This document shows positions 1 through 9,092 of a DNA stretch of 55,132 nucleotides, one piece after another. A model generated the notes under the pieces. That model saw nothing but the letters and a program-made list of their open reading frames with translations, was not told the origin of the DNA and searched no databases. The stretch is from Candidatus Dadabacteria bacterium (lineage in GTDB: Bacteria > Desulfobacterota_D > UBA1144 > Nemesobacterales > Nemesobacteraceae). The position numbers and the translations under genes were made by a program. Each line of letters starts with the position of its first letter. The stretch's first letter is position 1. The stretch lies in NCBI GenBank assembly GCA_007571325.1, contig RKRQ01000015.1, positions 1 to 55,132 on the forward strand, written 5' to 3'.

Positions 1-206
1 TGGATGACAACGGAAGGCTCATGGTAACATCCACTGCAAACCAGGACAATCCGGTCTTCGAGGGACTGAAACCGATTCTGGGTCTTGATGTATGGGAACA
101 TGCGTATTATCTGAACTACCAGAACAGAAGGCCCGACTACATAAAGGCGTGGTGGAACGTAGTTAACTGGGAACAGGTTTCAGAAAACTTCGCCGGGGCA
201 AGATGA
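1..206 (+). CDS. Fe/Mn superoxide dismutase, C-terminal part (truncated by window edge)
   Basis: DVWEHAYY signature, NQDNP motif, WWNVVNW end; metal type cannot be assigned from this fragment. Confidence 0.95.
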   Translation, partial: DDNGRLMVTSTANQDNPVFEGLKPILGLDVWEHAYYLNYQNRRPDYIKAWWNVVNWEQVSENFAGAR

Positions 207-373
207 TCCCCCGTCAAATTATACTCGGAAAAAAAGCTTACAATTTGGCACGAAAAATCTTATAATTGCCTTTAGAAAAAGAAGGTGCCTGTTTCCGTTG
301 CCCATGGGGTTTTAAAAGCCTTTTTGGTACCCGCATATTCTGTTTTCAATCAGGACATTGGTGAGAAAATAAA

Positions 374-1519
374 ATGGACATAAAATACAAAGATTTTCAA
401 GATGACAGCGAACACGATACTGATTTCGACTCCTACGATGTTGACGATGATATCGAGGAAGATGAAATTGAAAAGGATTTCGACCAACAAAACGAACAGA
501 ACATAAAACACAGAGGGAAGGTCAAGGAGAAAGACAAATGGATTCCCGATGAACAGCTTCGCCTTCTCTATGTCTACTTCAAGGACATGGCTGTTGAGCC
601 CCTTTTCGCCGCAAAGCAGGAAGTCGAAATATCCGCAAGGATCAAAATGTGCGAACTCAGAATGGCCAAAGTGCCTAAGAGTATTGAACTTTTTGAGAAA
701 ATCCGCGTGAGAAAAAACTCGCCTAGAGCGCGGGCCGTAGAACAAAAGATAGCTACCCTGCGCGCTATGGAGAAAATTTATACTGACTGGACGCTCAAGC
801 TCAAACAGAAATTCGTAAAAGCCAACCTGAGACTTGTAATAACAATCTCTAGAAGATACATGAGCAGGGGGTTGCCCCTTCCGGACCTCATTCAGGAAGG
901 AAACCTCGGTCTCATGCGCGCGGTTGAAAGATTTGATTATACCAAGGGTTACAAGTTCTCCACCTATGCTTCTTGGTGGATACATCAGGCAATATTAAGA
1001 GCGCTTCAGGGACAGACAAGAACCATAAAAGTTCCTGTTTACCTGCTGGAACAAGCAAACAGAGTTTACAAGACAAGTGCGAAACTGAGCAAGGAAATGG
1101 GAAGAAAACCCACACCGAAGGAAATAGCCGAAGCCTCGGGAATTTCGGCTGAGGTTATAAACAGAATTCTTAACTCTACAAACGATGCCATAAGTCTCGA
1201 CACGCCCGTTCTGGATGGGGAAAAAACCACGCTTCTTGATTCAGTTGCCGACAAGGAAGCAAAAATCCCGGATACGATAATAGCGAAAATGTCTCTAGCG
1301 GAAAAACTCCGGGAAGCTCTTACCCTCCTGAACTCAAGGGAAGAAGAAATTATCAGACTTCGCTTCGGTATAGGACGCCAGAGCACCTACACGCTTGATG
1401 AGATCGGCAAGAAATTCAATCTGACTAGAGAAAGGATAAGGCAGATAGAGAAAGCCGCCCTTGGAAAACTCGCGAGTTCGGGCGCGAGGAAAGATTTAGA
1501 AAGCTTCCTTAAGCAGTAG
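374..1519 (+). CDS. RpoD/RpoS-family sigma-70 factor, probably non-primary
   Basis: ANLRLV, DLIQEGNLGLMRAVERFD, KFSTYASWWI, TRERIRQIE; acidic N-terminus without an obvious region 1.1. Confidence 0.93.
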   Translation: MDIKYKDFQDDSEHDTDFDSYDVDDDIEEDEIEKDFDQQNEQNIKHRGKVKEKDKWIPDEQLRLLYVYFKDMAVEPLFAAKQEVEISARIKMCELRMAKVPKSIELFEKIRVRKNSPRARAVEQKIATLRAMEKIYTDWTLKLKQKFVKANLRLVITISRRYMSRGLPLPDLIQEGNLGLMRAVERFDYTKGYKFSTYASWWIHQAILRALQGQTRTIKVPVYLLEQANRVYKTSAKLSKEMGRKPTPKEIAEASGISAEVINRILNSTNDAISLDTPVLDGEKTTLLDSVADKEAKIPDTIIAKMSLAEKLREALTLLNSREEEIIRLRFGIGRQSTYTLDEIGKKFNLTRERIRQIEKAALGKLASSGARKDLESFLKQ

Positions 1520-1532
1520 ATTCACGGTTTGC

Positions 1533-2876
1533 TCACCCAAAACCGTAATAATCAATCCCTAGGTGGCTTATAAGTTCTTCGCCTTTGATATAGCGCAGCG
1601 TGTTCTGAAGCTTGTCAAACTGAACGAAAAGATCGTGTTCCGGATATAGCTTTTTATCAACCATGGGGCTTTTAAAGTAGAAAGAAAGCCACTCTTGGAC
1701 TCCGTAGATACCGGCACGGTGAGCGAGGTCGAGGAAAAGCACCAGATCTAAAACCACCGGGGCAGCCAATATGCTATCGCGGCAGAGGAAATTAACCTTT
1801 ATCTGCATGGGATAATCAAGCCACCCAAAAACATCTATATTGTCCCACGCCTCTTTCTCGTCTCCACGCGGCGGATAGTAGTTTATCCTCACCTTGTGGT
1901 AGTAATCCGAGTAAAGTTCGGGATTTATCTGAGGCTGGAATATGTACTCAAGCGCTCCCAGCTTGCTTTCTTCCTTAGTTTTGAAAGAACCTGGGTCGTC
2001 AAGCACCTCTCCGTCCCGGTTGCCCAGTATATTGGTTGAAAACCATCCGTTGAGCCCAAGCATTCTGCTTTTAAGCCCAGGAGCCAAAATGGTCTTCATC
2101 AGAGTTTGACCGGTTTTGAAATCCTTGCCGGCTATAGGAATCTCTTTTTTAACTGCAAGCTCCTGAAGAGCGGGGATATCCACAGATAGATTTGGCGCGC
2201 CGTTTGCGTAAGCAGCGCCACATTTTATGGCCGCGTAGGTATAGATCATACTCGGGGAAATATCCTCGTGATTTTCCCTCAGTCCCTTCTCAAAACTCTC
2301 CACCGTTTCATGAATTTCCGACGGTTCAAGATATACCTCGGTACTTCCGCACCAGAGCATTACCAACCTTTCGATGTCGTTTTGTTTCCGGAATCGCTCT
2401 ATGTCCCTTATAAGCGCCTCGGCAAGATGCATCTTGGTCTTACCTTTCTTTACATGCGGACCTTTTAGATTGCGGACATATTTATTGTCGAAAACGGCGC
2501 GCATCGGAGACTCTTTTTCAAGATTCCGTTTTATTTTCCTAAGAAGTTCAGGGTTCAGTACGCCCGCGCGAAGTGCAGAAGCATAGCAATCCTCATCGTA
2601 TATGTCCCACCCTCCGAACACCATGTCCTGTATTTCCGCCAGCGGAACAAAATCCTTTATTAAGGGGAAATTTTTCTCAGTTCTCTTGCCAATTCTGATT
2701 TTCCCCATTTGCGTAAGGGAACCGATAGGCCTCCCCACGCCCTTCATAACTGCCTTTACGCCCGCTATAAAAGTTGTGCTTACCGCTCCGCTCATACCGG
2801 GAATAAGAACACCCAGTTTCCCTTTTGCGGGACTTATTTCGAATTTTCTCTGAAATTTCTGGTTTGGATCGACCAA
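1533..2876 (-). CDS. ino1: myo-inositol-1-phosphate synthase
   Basis: WCGSTE, NGAPN, GKDFKTGQT, NILGNRDG, DSILAAP motifs; start moved to TTG at 2876 behind a GAGGT SD. Confidence 0.92.
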   Translation of the reverse strand: MVDPNQKFQRKFEISPAKGKLGVLIPGMSGAVSTTFIAGVKAVMKGVGRPIGSLTQMGKIRIGKRTEKNFPLIKDFVPLAEIQDMVFGGWDIYDEDCYASALRAGVLNPELLRKIKRNLEKESPMRAVFDNKYVRNLKGPHVKKGKTKMHLAEALIRDIERFRKQNDIERLVMLWCGSTEVYLEPSEIHETVESFEKGLRENHEDISPSMIYTYAAIKCGAAYANGAPNLSVDIPALQELAVKKEIPIAGKDFKTGQTLMKTILAPGLKSRMLGLNGWFSTNILGNRDGEVLDDPGSFKTKEESKLGALEYIFQPQINPELYSDYYHKVRINYYPPRGDEKEAWDNIDVFGWLDYPMQIKVNFLCRDSILAAPVVLDLVLFLDLAHRAGIYGVQEWLSFYFKSPMVDKKLYPEHDLFVQFDKLQNTLRYIKGEELISHLGIDYYGFG

Positions 2877-2883
2877 GTATGAA

Positions 2884-3279
2884 TTACCTCTTGGAGAACT
2901 GCTGTCCTCTTCTCGCTTTGCGTTTCCCATATTTTTTGGTTTCAACCATTCTGGGGTCGCGTTTCAGCAGTCCAGAAACCTTGAGTTTCTTGCGAAGTGA
3001 TTCGTTAGCTTTTAGAAGAGCTCTTGCAACTCCATGGCTCATGGCTCCCGCCTGACCGGTAAGGCCTCCCCCTTTCACCCTGACCATCACGTCGTACTCC
3101 ATTAAAGTATCAGTAACACTCAAAGGCTCGCGGGACTTTATCTGCCATACTTCTCTTGGAAAGTACTCTTCCACAGGTTTTTCGTTAACGGTAATGGAGC
3201 CTGTGCCTCTTTTAAGCCAGACTCTGGCTATTGACGTTTTTCTTCTCCCCGTACCGTTGTAAATAAGAGTTTCAGGCAT
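2884..3279 (-). CDS. rpsI: 30S ribosomal protein S9
   Basis: GTGRRKTSIARV, GGGLTGQAGA, QFSKR C-terminus. Confidence 0.98.
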   Translation of the reverse strand: MPETLIYNGTGRRKTSIARVWLKRGTGSITVNEKPVEEYFPREVWQIKSREPLSVTDTLMEYDVMVRVKGGGLTGQAGAMSHGVARALLKANESLRKKLKVSGLLKRDPRMVETKKYGKRKARRGQQFSKR

Positions 3280-3285
3280 GATGAA

Positions 3286-3714
3286 TCAAACCTCCAGAAC
3301 TTCAGGATTTTGAGCCGCGTGCGGATGCTTCTCTCCGACATAGATTTTCACCCGCTGTATAAGTTTCTTCTGCAATCTGTTTTTAGGAAGCATTCCCCAG
3401 ACGGCCTTGTGTATCATCTCACCCGGTTTCTCCTCAGCGAGCCTTTCCGCCGTCACGGATTTAAGTCCTCCCGGATAATGGGAATGTCTGTAATAGGTTT
3501 TCTGTTCCATCTTCCTGCCTGTAAGACTAGCTTTGTCGGCATTGACTATCACAACGAAATCTCCGATATCCGAATGGGGGGCAAACTGCGGTTTGCCCTT
3601 GCCCCTGAGAATTGAGGCAACCTTGCTCGCAAGTCTTCCGACGGGCTTTCCCTGTGCGTCAATCAGGTACCACTTCTTTTCAAAATCGCTGTTTCTAGGC
3701 ATGTATGACTTCAT
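3286..3714 (-). CDS. rplM: 50S ribosomal protein L13
   Basis: KWYLIDA, GRLAS, LRGK, GDFVVIVNA, HPHAAQNP; start is ATG 3714; upstream TTGACT-16-TAGAAT promoter. Confidence 0.98.
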   Translation of the reverse strand: MKSYMPRNSDFEKKWYLIDAQGKPVGRLASKVASILRGKGKPQFAPHSDIGDFVVIVNADKASLTGRKMEQKTYYRHSHYPGGLKSVTAERLAEEKPGEMIHKAVWGMLPKNRLQKKLIQRVKIYVGEKHPHAAQNPEVLEV

Positions 3715-3800
3715 AATACTCTCTCTCGGATAAATTAAGGGTTTCAATTCTACTGAATGCAACTTTAAAGTCAAAGAACTTTGCTCGGACAAGAAAAAAG

Positions 3801-4598
3801 TCAGAAATCGTAAATGGCGATAACGAATATCTTTGAGAGAATAAAGTCGAAAAGTATTATAAGAAAAAGCGAGATCACTACCGTTTTTGTAGTGGCATTC
3901 CCAACTCCACGCGTTCCTCCTTTGGCTTTCATCCCTACGTAGCAACCGGTAATCGCAACTATGATTCCGAAAAACAGGGTTTTGGAAATACCGGTAACCA
4001 GGTCGTCAATGGCAACCCAGCTCTTTATGCTTTCGATGAAAAGAGTGGGTTTCACGTTAAGTTCCATCTGTGAGATGATCATAGCTCCTCCTATGCCGGC
4101 GAGATTCGATATGACGGCAAGCAATGGAAAGGATATTATGCACGCCATAAGCCTAGGAGAAACAAGTTTCTTAATCGGGTCGGCTCCGAGGGTTTTTATC
4201 GCATCTATCTGCTCGGTCACTTTCATCGAACTTATCTCGGCTGTAATTCCGGAACCAACCCTGCCTCCCACAAGAAGAGAGGTTATTATCGGTCCGAGTT
4301 CCCTCACAAACGAAAGCGTGACCACGGGACCCACAAGCCCTTTCGCCCCGAACCAAGCAAACGCCCATGCCATCTGAACTACCATCACCATTCCAATTGC
4401 CATGGCGGAGACTACAACTATGGAGATGGAGCGAAAACCTATTTCATGTATCTGGGTCGTCAGAAGATCGTAATCGTAAGGAGGGGTGACGGTGGCAACA
4501 ACTGAATTCCAGAAAAAAAAGCAGACCTCTCCTACACCAAAAATAAAATTAAGGCTATTGTCAGCCACTTCGGATAAAAACCTTCTCATTTGGCCCAC
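3801..4598 (-). CDS. mlaE: MlaE-family ABC transporter permease
   Basis: RELGP, GRVGSGITAEISSMKVTEQIDA, PRL, GVGNATT motifs. Confidence 0.92.
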   Translation of the reverse strand: MGQMRRFLSEVADNSLNFIFGVGEVCFFFWNSVVATVTPPYDYDLLTTQIHEIGFRSISIVVVSAMAIGMVMVVQMAWAFAWFGAKGLVGPVVTLSFVRELGPIITSLLVGGRVGSGITAEISSMKVTEQIDAIKTLGADPIKKLVSPRLMACIISFPLLAVISNLAGIGGAMIISQMELNVKPTLFIESIKSWVAIDDLVTGISKTLFFGIIVAITGCYVGMKAKGGTRGVGNATTKTVVISLFLIILFDFILSKIFVIAIYDF

Positions 4599-5137
4599 AA
4601 CTCCTGAAAACCTGAAAGAAAATCGAAAAAATCCCCGAGGTTCACTTCAAAGTCGGCCGGGGACGCAGAATAGCTGAAGTCATAATCACACTTGCTGGAC
4701 TTGTAAACAACCGTTGCAAGAAAGAATATCTTATTGTCAAGCGACGCTTCATATTCTGTGTAAAGCCCTCTGATGCCTTCAATTTCAATATCCTTTCGCA
4801 GTTTCATACGTTTCTTGCTCAAACCGGTCGCAAGAGAATTTGACAGCGTCTCAAGACTGTAATCCCGATTCGCGCAAACCGAACTTACCGTCATGATCAG
4901 ATCGTTCACCGAGTTGTAAAAAGCCATATCCCCACCTTCTACAGGCACTTCCTTCCAGCTTTGCGAAAGTGGTGCGACACGGTAGCTGTTTCGCTCCGTA
5001 GTGTAGACCCAGTCCTCAATCTTTCCCGGGTTTCTGTCGCCTTCCGAGGCGTATTTGAGCAAAAACTTCGTGGCGGAACAGGAACTCACAAAGAAAACAA
5101 GAGAAAGCGCAACGAATAAAAAGGCCTTTTTCCGCAT
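4586..5137 (-). CDS. hypothetical lipoprotein, coupled to mlaE
   Basis: basic N-terminus, hydrophobic stretch, VSSC lipobox; overlaps mlaE start. Confidence 0.7.
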   Translation of the reverse strand: MRKKAFLFVALSLVFFVSSCSATKFLLKYASEGDRNPGKIEDWVYTTERNSYRVAPLSQSWKEVPVEGGDMAFYNSVNDLIMTVSSVCANRDYSLETLSNSLATGLSKKRMKLRKDIEIEGIRGLYTEYEASLDNKIFFLATVVYKSSKCDYDFSYSASPADFEVNLGDFFDFLSGFQELWAK

Positions 5138-5247
5138 ATTATATGATAACTGTCTAGCAATCTTGGGACGCGTAAAGCCTTAAAATACTTGAATACATAC
5201 TAAAAACCAAGCATCATAGGACTTAAAAAAAGAACCGAGGTGCAATA

Positions 5248-5517
5248 TTGAGTTCGGTAACTATATATACAAGTATGCACTGCACTTACTGCAGAAGAGC
5301 AAAAAGGCTTCTCGAAACGAAAAAGGTGGATTATGAAGAAATCAGGCTTGATGAAGATACAGAAAAAAGAAAGGAGCTCGTTGAGAAACTAAACTGGAGG
5401 ACCGTACCCATTATCTTCGTAAACGAGCAATTCATAGGGGGTTATGACGAGCTTGCGGCTCTTGAACGTTCAGGGGAACTTGACCACATGCTCGGTCCTT
5501 CAAAAGTTAATTCCTGA
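5248..5517 (+). CDS. grxC: glutaredoxin (GrxC-like)
   Basis: CTYC active site, TVP, FIGGYD; GAGG SD before TTG start. Confidence 0.9.
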   Translation: MSSVTIYTSMHCTYCRRAKRLLETKKVDYEEIRLDEDTEKRKELVEKLNWRTVPIIFVNEQFIGGYDELAALERSGELDHMLGPSKVNS

Positions 5518-5543
5518 TTACGGACTACTTCGATCAGCGGTAT

Positions 5544-5572
5544 TTGACACCACATCAACCTAAGTATACATT
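5544..5572 (+). promoter_or_regulatory. sigma-70 promoter of riboswitch/btuB
   Basis: TTGACA-17 bp-TACATT, 8 nt upstream of the riboswitch P1. Confidence 0.7.
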
Positions 5573-5580
5573 TAGATTCA

Positions 5581-5807
5581 GATACAGGCCAAGGGAATCA
5601 GGTGAGAAACCTGAACTGTTCCCGCAGCCGTGATAAGGGTTTTTTCCGTGCTCCCGCGAAGCGCACCCGTGCTTCGGGTCACTGGCTTTGATTACTGTAG
5701 CCGGGAAGGCCGCATCAGGAAAAGTCGCTCTGTTTCAATACGGACGGCCCTTTAAGTCGGAAGACCTTCCTGCGTCAATCTAAATAGCTTTGCCTCGGGA
5801 GTTAGGC
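5581..5807 (+). ncRNA. cobalamin riboswitch
   Basis: P1 GATACAGG/CCTGCGTC; AAGGGAAT-CAGGTGAGAAACCTG; CTGTTCCCGCAGCCGTGA; ACTGG...CCGGGAAGGC; B12-box-like AAGTCGGAAGACC; P13 GCCT-CGGGAGTT-AGGC whose loop is complementary to L5 TTCCCG; lies upstream of a TonB receptor. Confidence 0.92.
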
Positions 5808-5809
5808 TT

Positions 5810-5950
5810 ATGGCCCTTATAAACACATCTTTAATTTTCCGCGCGGTCGCGCGGTCCTTGTTTTTTCGCCGTACAAGCTTATTTGAGCAATTGCCTCCCA
5901 GGGAAAGCTATGCGCCAGCACCCGGAGGAATTAAGAATGAACTGCCTTAA
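5810..5950 (+). CDS. putative 46-aa leader ORF (MALINTSLIFRAVARSLFFRRTSLFEQLPPRESYAPAPGGIKNELP)
   Basis: GGGAG SD (5797-5801, in L13) 8 nt before ATG; open to TAA 5948-5950; overlaps btuB start by 14 nt. Confidence 0.5.
   Translation: MALINTSLIFRAVARSLFFRRTSLFEQLPPRESYAPAPGGIKNELP
5839..5866 (+). terminator. candidate intrinsic terminator inside the leader ORF
   Basis: CCGCGC-GGTC-GCGCGG hairpin followed by TCCTTGTTTTTT; the U tract is offset. Confidence 0.45.
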
Positions 5951-7862
5951 GATAGTTTTTGCCTTTATTTTAACCTTGACTCTGTTCCCGAACATAGGTT
6001 TTTCCGAACAGAGAGAAGTAGAAAAAATTATAGTTACCGGGACAAAAACCTGGATGGACGCCGAGCGTCTTGGATCTTCCGTCACTGTTATCACCAGAGA
6101 AGAAATTGAAAAAAGCGGGGAAAAGGATATAGCGTCCATACTTTCCAAGGTCCCCGGATTCAACTTAGTCAGATCGGGAAGTCGTGGAGGTATCGCTTCC
6201 ATTTTCGTAAGGGGAGGTCAGTCTGATTACAACCTTGTGATGATAAACGGCGTACAGGTAAATCAGTCTGGAGGTGGATTCAATATCTCTTCTGTTACTA
6301 CTGATAATGTGGAAAGAATAGAGATAATAAAAGGCGCGCATTCTTCCCTGTATGGTTCCGACGCAGCTTCTTCCGTTATCAATATAATAACAAAGAGCGG
6401 AAGCGGAAAAATCAGAAAAAGCAATTCTTTTGCCCTGGGATTCCGCGCTGAGGACGCGATAATCCTAGAGCATTCCTCAAGCATATCAGGCAGTTTGGAA
6501 AATCTGAGTTATTTCCTTGTCTACGATACAATCACTGACGAAGGCATTCTGGAAACTAACAACGAATACAAAAACAATGCCTTCACAGCAAATTTAAATC
6601 TGGAAGCAACCGACAATCTAAACTTCTCTTTGTTCTCCATTTACAAAAATTCAAAGTTTGAATTTCCGACCGGAGGCGCAGGAGACAGGTTTGATACATT
6701 CTCAGACCCGGACCAAGGAACTAAGGAGAAATCACTTGTTACGGGGGCCAGCATCGTTTTTTCTCCAACTCAGTGGTGGGAGAACTCATTTAAGTTCGGT
6801 TACACAAGACTCGATGCGGAGAACTATGATGGACCTGAACCACTTGAATTGGATAATCCATTCCCCTTTGACTCTCTGGACAAAAGAATATCGCTTGAAT
6901 ATGGGTCTAGCTTTTTTATCGACTCTGATCAGATATCAAGCGTAACCTCCGCGGGATTTGAATATGAAAAAGAAAGTTTCAAAACAGACTCTTTAAATGA
7001 GTCAAGAAAAAACTACGCTTTATACTTTCAGAACAACTTCGGGCTGCTTGATATGTTCTTCGTAACGGCAGGAATAAGATATGACGACAATGAAGCATTC
7101 GGAAATGAGTGGAGTCCGAGCATCTTCGCCAAGTGGAAGATAAAAGAATCGGGAACCAAAATAAGGGGAGGTGTCAGCAGAGGAATAAAAGAGGCGACTT
7201 TTTTTGAAAATTTCAGCGCATCTTTTACGATTCCCAATCCGAACCTAAAACCCGAAGAAACCCTGACTGCAGAAATAGGCGTCAACCAGCCGTTGTTTGA
7301 CGATGCAATTGAATTTGATCTAAGCCTTTTTCAGAATAAATTCAAAAACATTATCGCATACAGCTACATACCGTTTGACAATGGAACCAACTACGAAAAT
7401 ATAAGTCGGGCGAAATCCAAGGGAATTGAAGCCACAATCCGCGTTTACCCAATTGACTCCCTGACTCTAAGCACATCCTACACATATCTTAAAACCGAAG
7501 TAACCGATGATGGCGGCTTGGGGTCCGCATCTTTTTCCAAAGGGGAAAATCTCTTGCGGATACCCGAACATTCGTTCTCGTTTAACGCAACATATTCAAG
7601 AAACGCTTTCAGTCTTAACCTTTCGGGTAGCTATATAGGCACCAGGGATGACGTGAACTGGAGTGAGTTTGTAAGAATCAAAAACGATTCTTACTTCCTC
7701 GTCGACGCCGCGGCTTCCTATGAAATCGGAGTAAAAAGACTTGTTGAGAAAATCAGGCTGTTTTCAAGAATCAACAATATGTTTAACAAAGACTATGAAG
7801 ACGTTTTCGGTTTTTCATCCCCGGGGTTCAGCATTGTTTCAGGAATTTCAGTGGTTCGTTAG
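5937..7862 (+). CDS. btuB: TonB-dependent cobalamin receptor
   Basis: signal peptide, TonB box IIVTGT, plug motif VERIEIIKGAHSSLYGSDA, NPNLKPE; GGAGG SD; downstream of B12 riboswitch. Confidence 0.88.
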   Translation: MNCLKIVFAFILTLTLFPNIGFSEQREVEKIIVTGTKTWMDAERLGSSVTVITREEIEKSGEKDIASILSKVPGFNLVRSGSRGGIASIFVRGGQSDYNLVMINGVQVNQSGGGFNISSVTTDNVERIEIIKGAHSSLYGSDAASSVINIITKSGSGKIRKSNSFALGFRAEDAIILEHSSSISGSLENLSYFLVYDTITDEGILETNNEYKNNAFTANLNLEATDNLNFSLFSIYKNSKFEFPTGGAGDRFDTFSDPDQGTKEKSLVTGASIVFSPTQWWENSFKFGYTRLDAENYDGPEPLELDNPFPFDSLDKRISLEYGSSFFIDSDQISSVTSAGFEYEKESFKTDSLNESRKNYALYFQNNFGLLDMFFVTAGIRYDDNEAFGNEWSPSIFAKWKIKESGTKIRGGVSRGIKEATFFENFSASFTIPNPNLKPEETLTAEIGVNQPLFDDAIEFDLSLFQNKFKNIIAYSYIPFDNGTNYENISRAKSKGIEATIRVYPIDSLTLSTSYTYLKTEVTDDGGLGSASFSKGENLLRIPEHSFSFNATYSRNAFSLNLSGSYIGTRDDVNWSEFVRIKNDSYFLVDAAASYEIGVKRLVEKIRLFSRINNMFNKDYEDVFGFSSPGFSIVSGISVVR

Positions 7863-7958
7863 AAAAGCAGGTTCAAAAAGCTGTCTCGACAGATAGGAAT
7901 CAGTCCGGGTAATTCTTCGGTTATAGCTGTATGAACTTGTCTCTAGACAATTGCCTGT

Positions 7959-8984
7959 CTAAGGTCTGAATTCGGGAATCACCTCCTCTCCAAAAAGCTC
8001 AATTGAACGAGCTATAACTTCGGCGGGGGCCTGAGGAAATACCATTCTGCACATTATTTTGCCTATTCCCGTCTTCTCTGAATATTTTTTCACCTCTTTG
8101 ATGCAGTGTTCAGGGGTGCCGATCATGAAACGGTCTTCTGCCATATATTCAAAGAAAGGGTCGTCGGGATCAGTTATGTTCTTTCCCCGTATAACTATTT
8201 TTACCCCGAGACTAAGGTAGAACCTGTACATATTTATTATGTACTCGATTCCTCCGGCAACGGCTTGTTCCGTGCTTTCATCCACATAAGTCTCCCGAAG
8301 CAGTATGTGTTCCACCTCAGACGGGTTGCGACCAGCTTTTTGAGCCTCGTTGTCATACCACTCGAGGGTATCAATAATCATGGGAACAGTTCTCCCGGGA
8401 CCAATTAGAAGTGGGTATCCGAGCCGTGCGGCCCTTCTCACCGCAGGTTCCTCAAAAGCTCCTATATATATAGGTATAGGCCTCTGCACGGGTTTGGGAG
8501 TGACGTTGATATTTGAAAAACCGAATCTCTTGCCATCATAGGAAAAAGGTCCGTCTTCCCAGCATTTTTCTATTATCTCTATGCCTTCTTCAATCCTTGA
8601 AGGCCTTTGTTTCATAGTAACGCCAAATCCTTCGAACTCCTCTTTTCTGTATCCTATGGCGACTCCGAGATTGAATCTCCCATTAGAAATCAAGTCTACC
8701 GTAGCGGCGTCTTCGGCGATTCTGACGGGGTTATGAAGAGTAAGTATCAAAGCTCCCGTACCAATCCTCACTCTTTCGGTCACAGACGCCATTGCCGCCG
8801 CCATTGTAAGTGGCGAAGAGCAGTATCCATCTTCAAGAAAATGGTGCTCAGATAGCCACACGGAATCAAAGTTTACAGCTTCAGCAAGTTTAACGTGCTC
8901 GAGGGAGTTTCTGTAAAGGTCCACGTGCCCATAATCTAGGTCCTTGTGAGTCTGCATGCTGAAAAGTCCTACTCCAAATTTCAT
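7959..8984 (-). CDS. LLM-class flavin-dependent oxidoreductase
   Basis: WLSEHHF, HNPVRIAEDAATVDLISNGRF, GYRKEEF, PKPVQ. Confidence 0.92.
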   Translation of the reverse strand: MKFGVGLFSMQTHKDLDYGHVDLYRNSLEHVKLAEAVNFDSVWLSEHHFLEDGYCSSPLTMAAAMASVTERVRIGTGALILTLHNPVRIAEDAATVDLISNGRFNLGVAIGYRKEEFEGFGVTMKQRPSRIEEGIEIIEKCWEDGPFSYDGKRFGFSNINVTPKPVQRPIPIYIGAFEEPAVRRAARLGYPLLIGPGRTVPMIIDTLEWYDNEAQKAGRNPSEVEHILLRETYVDESTEQAVAGGIEYIINMYRFYLSLGVKIVIRGKNITDPDDPFFEYMAEDRFMIGTPEHCIKEVKKYSEKTGIGKIMCRMVFPQAPAEVIARSIELFGEEVIPEFRP

Positions 8985-9092
8985 TTCATACCTCCGGGAT
9001 ATGGCTAAATTATTTGCGTTTGAACAACAAATTCACCATAATTTTACTGTGATCACTATCTACTTACAAAATTATCCAAGAGGTGCCGTAAA

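Noticed and set aside
245-262. TGGCAC resembling a sigma-54 -24 element upstream of the sigma factor
   Set aside because: No TTGC at -12 (reads ATCT); a TATAAT follows, which fits sigma-70 better.
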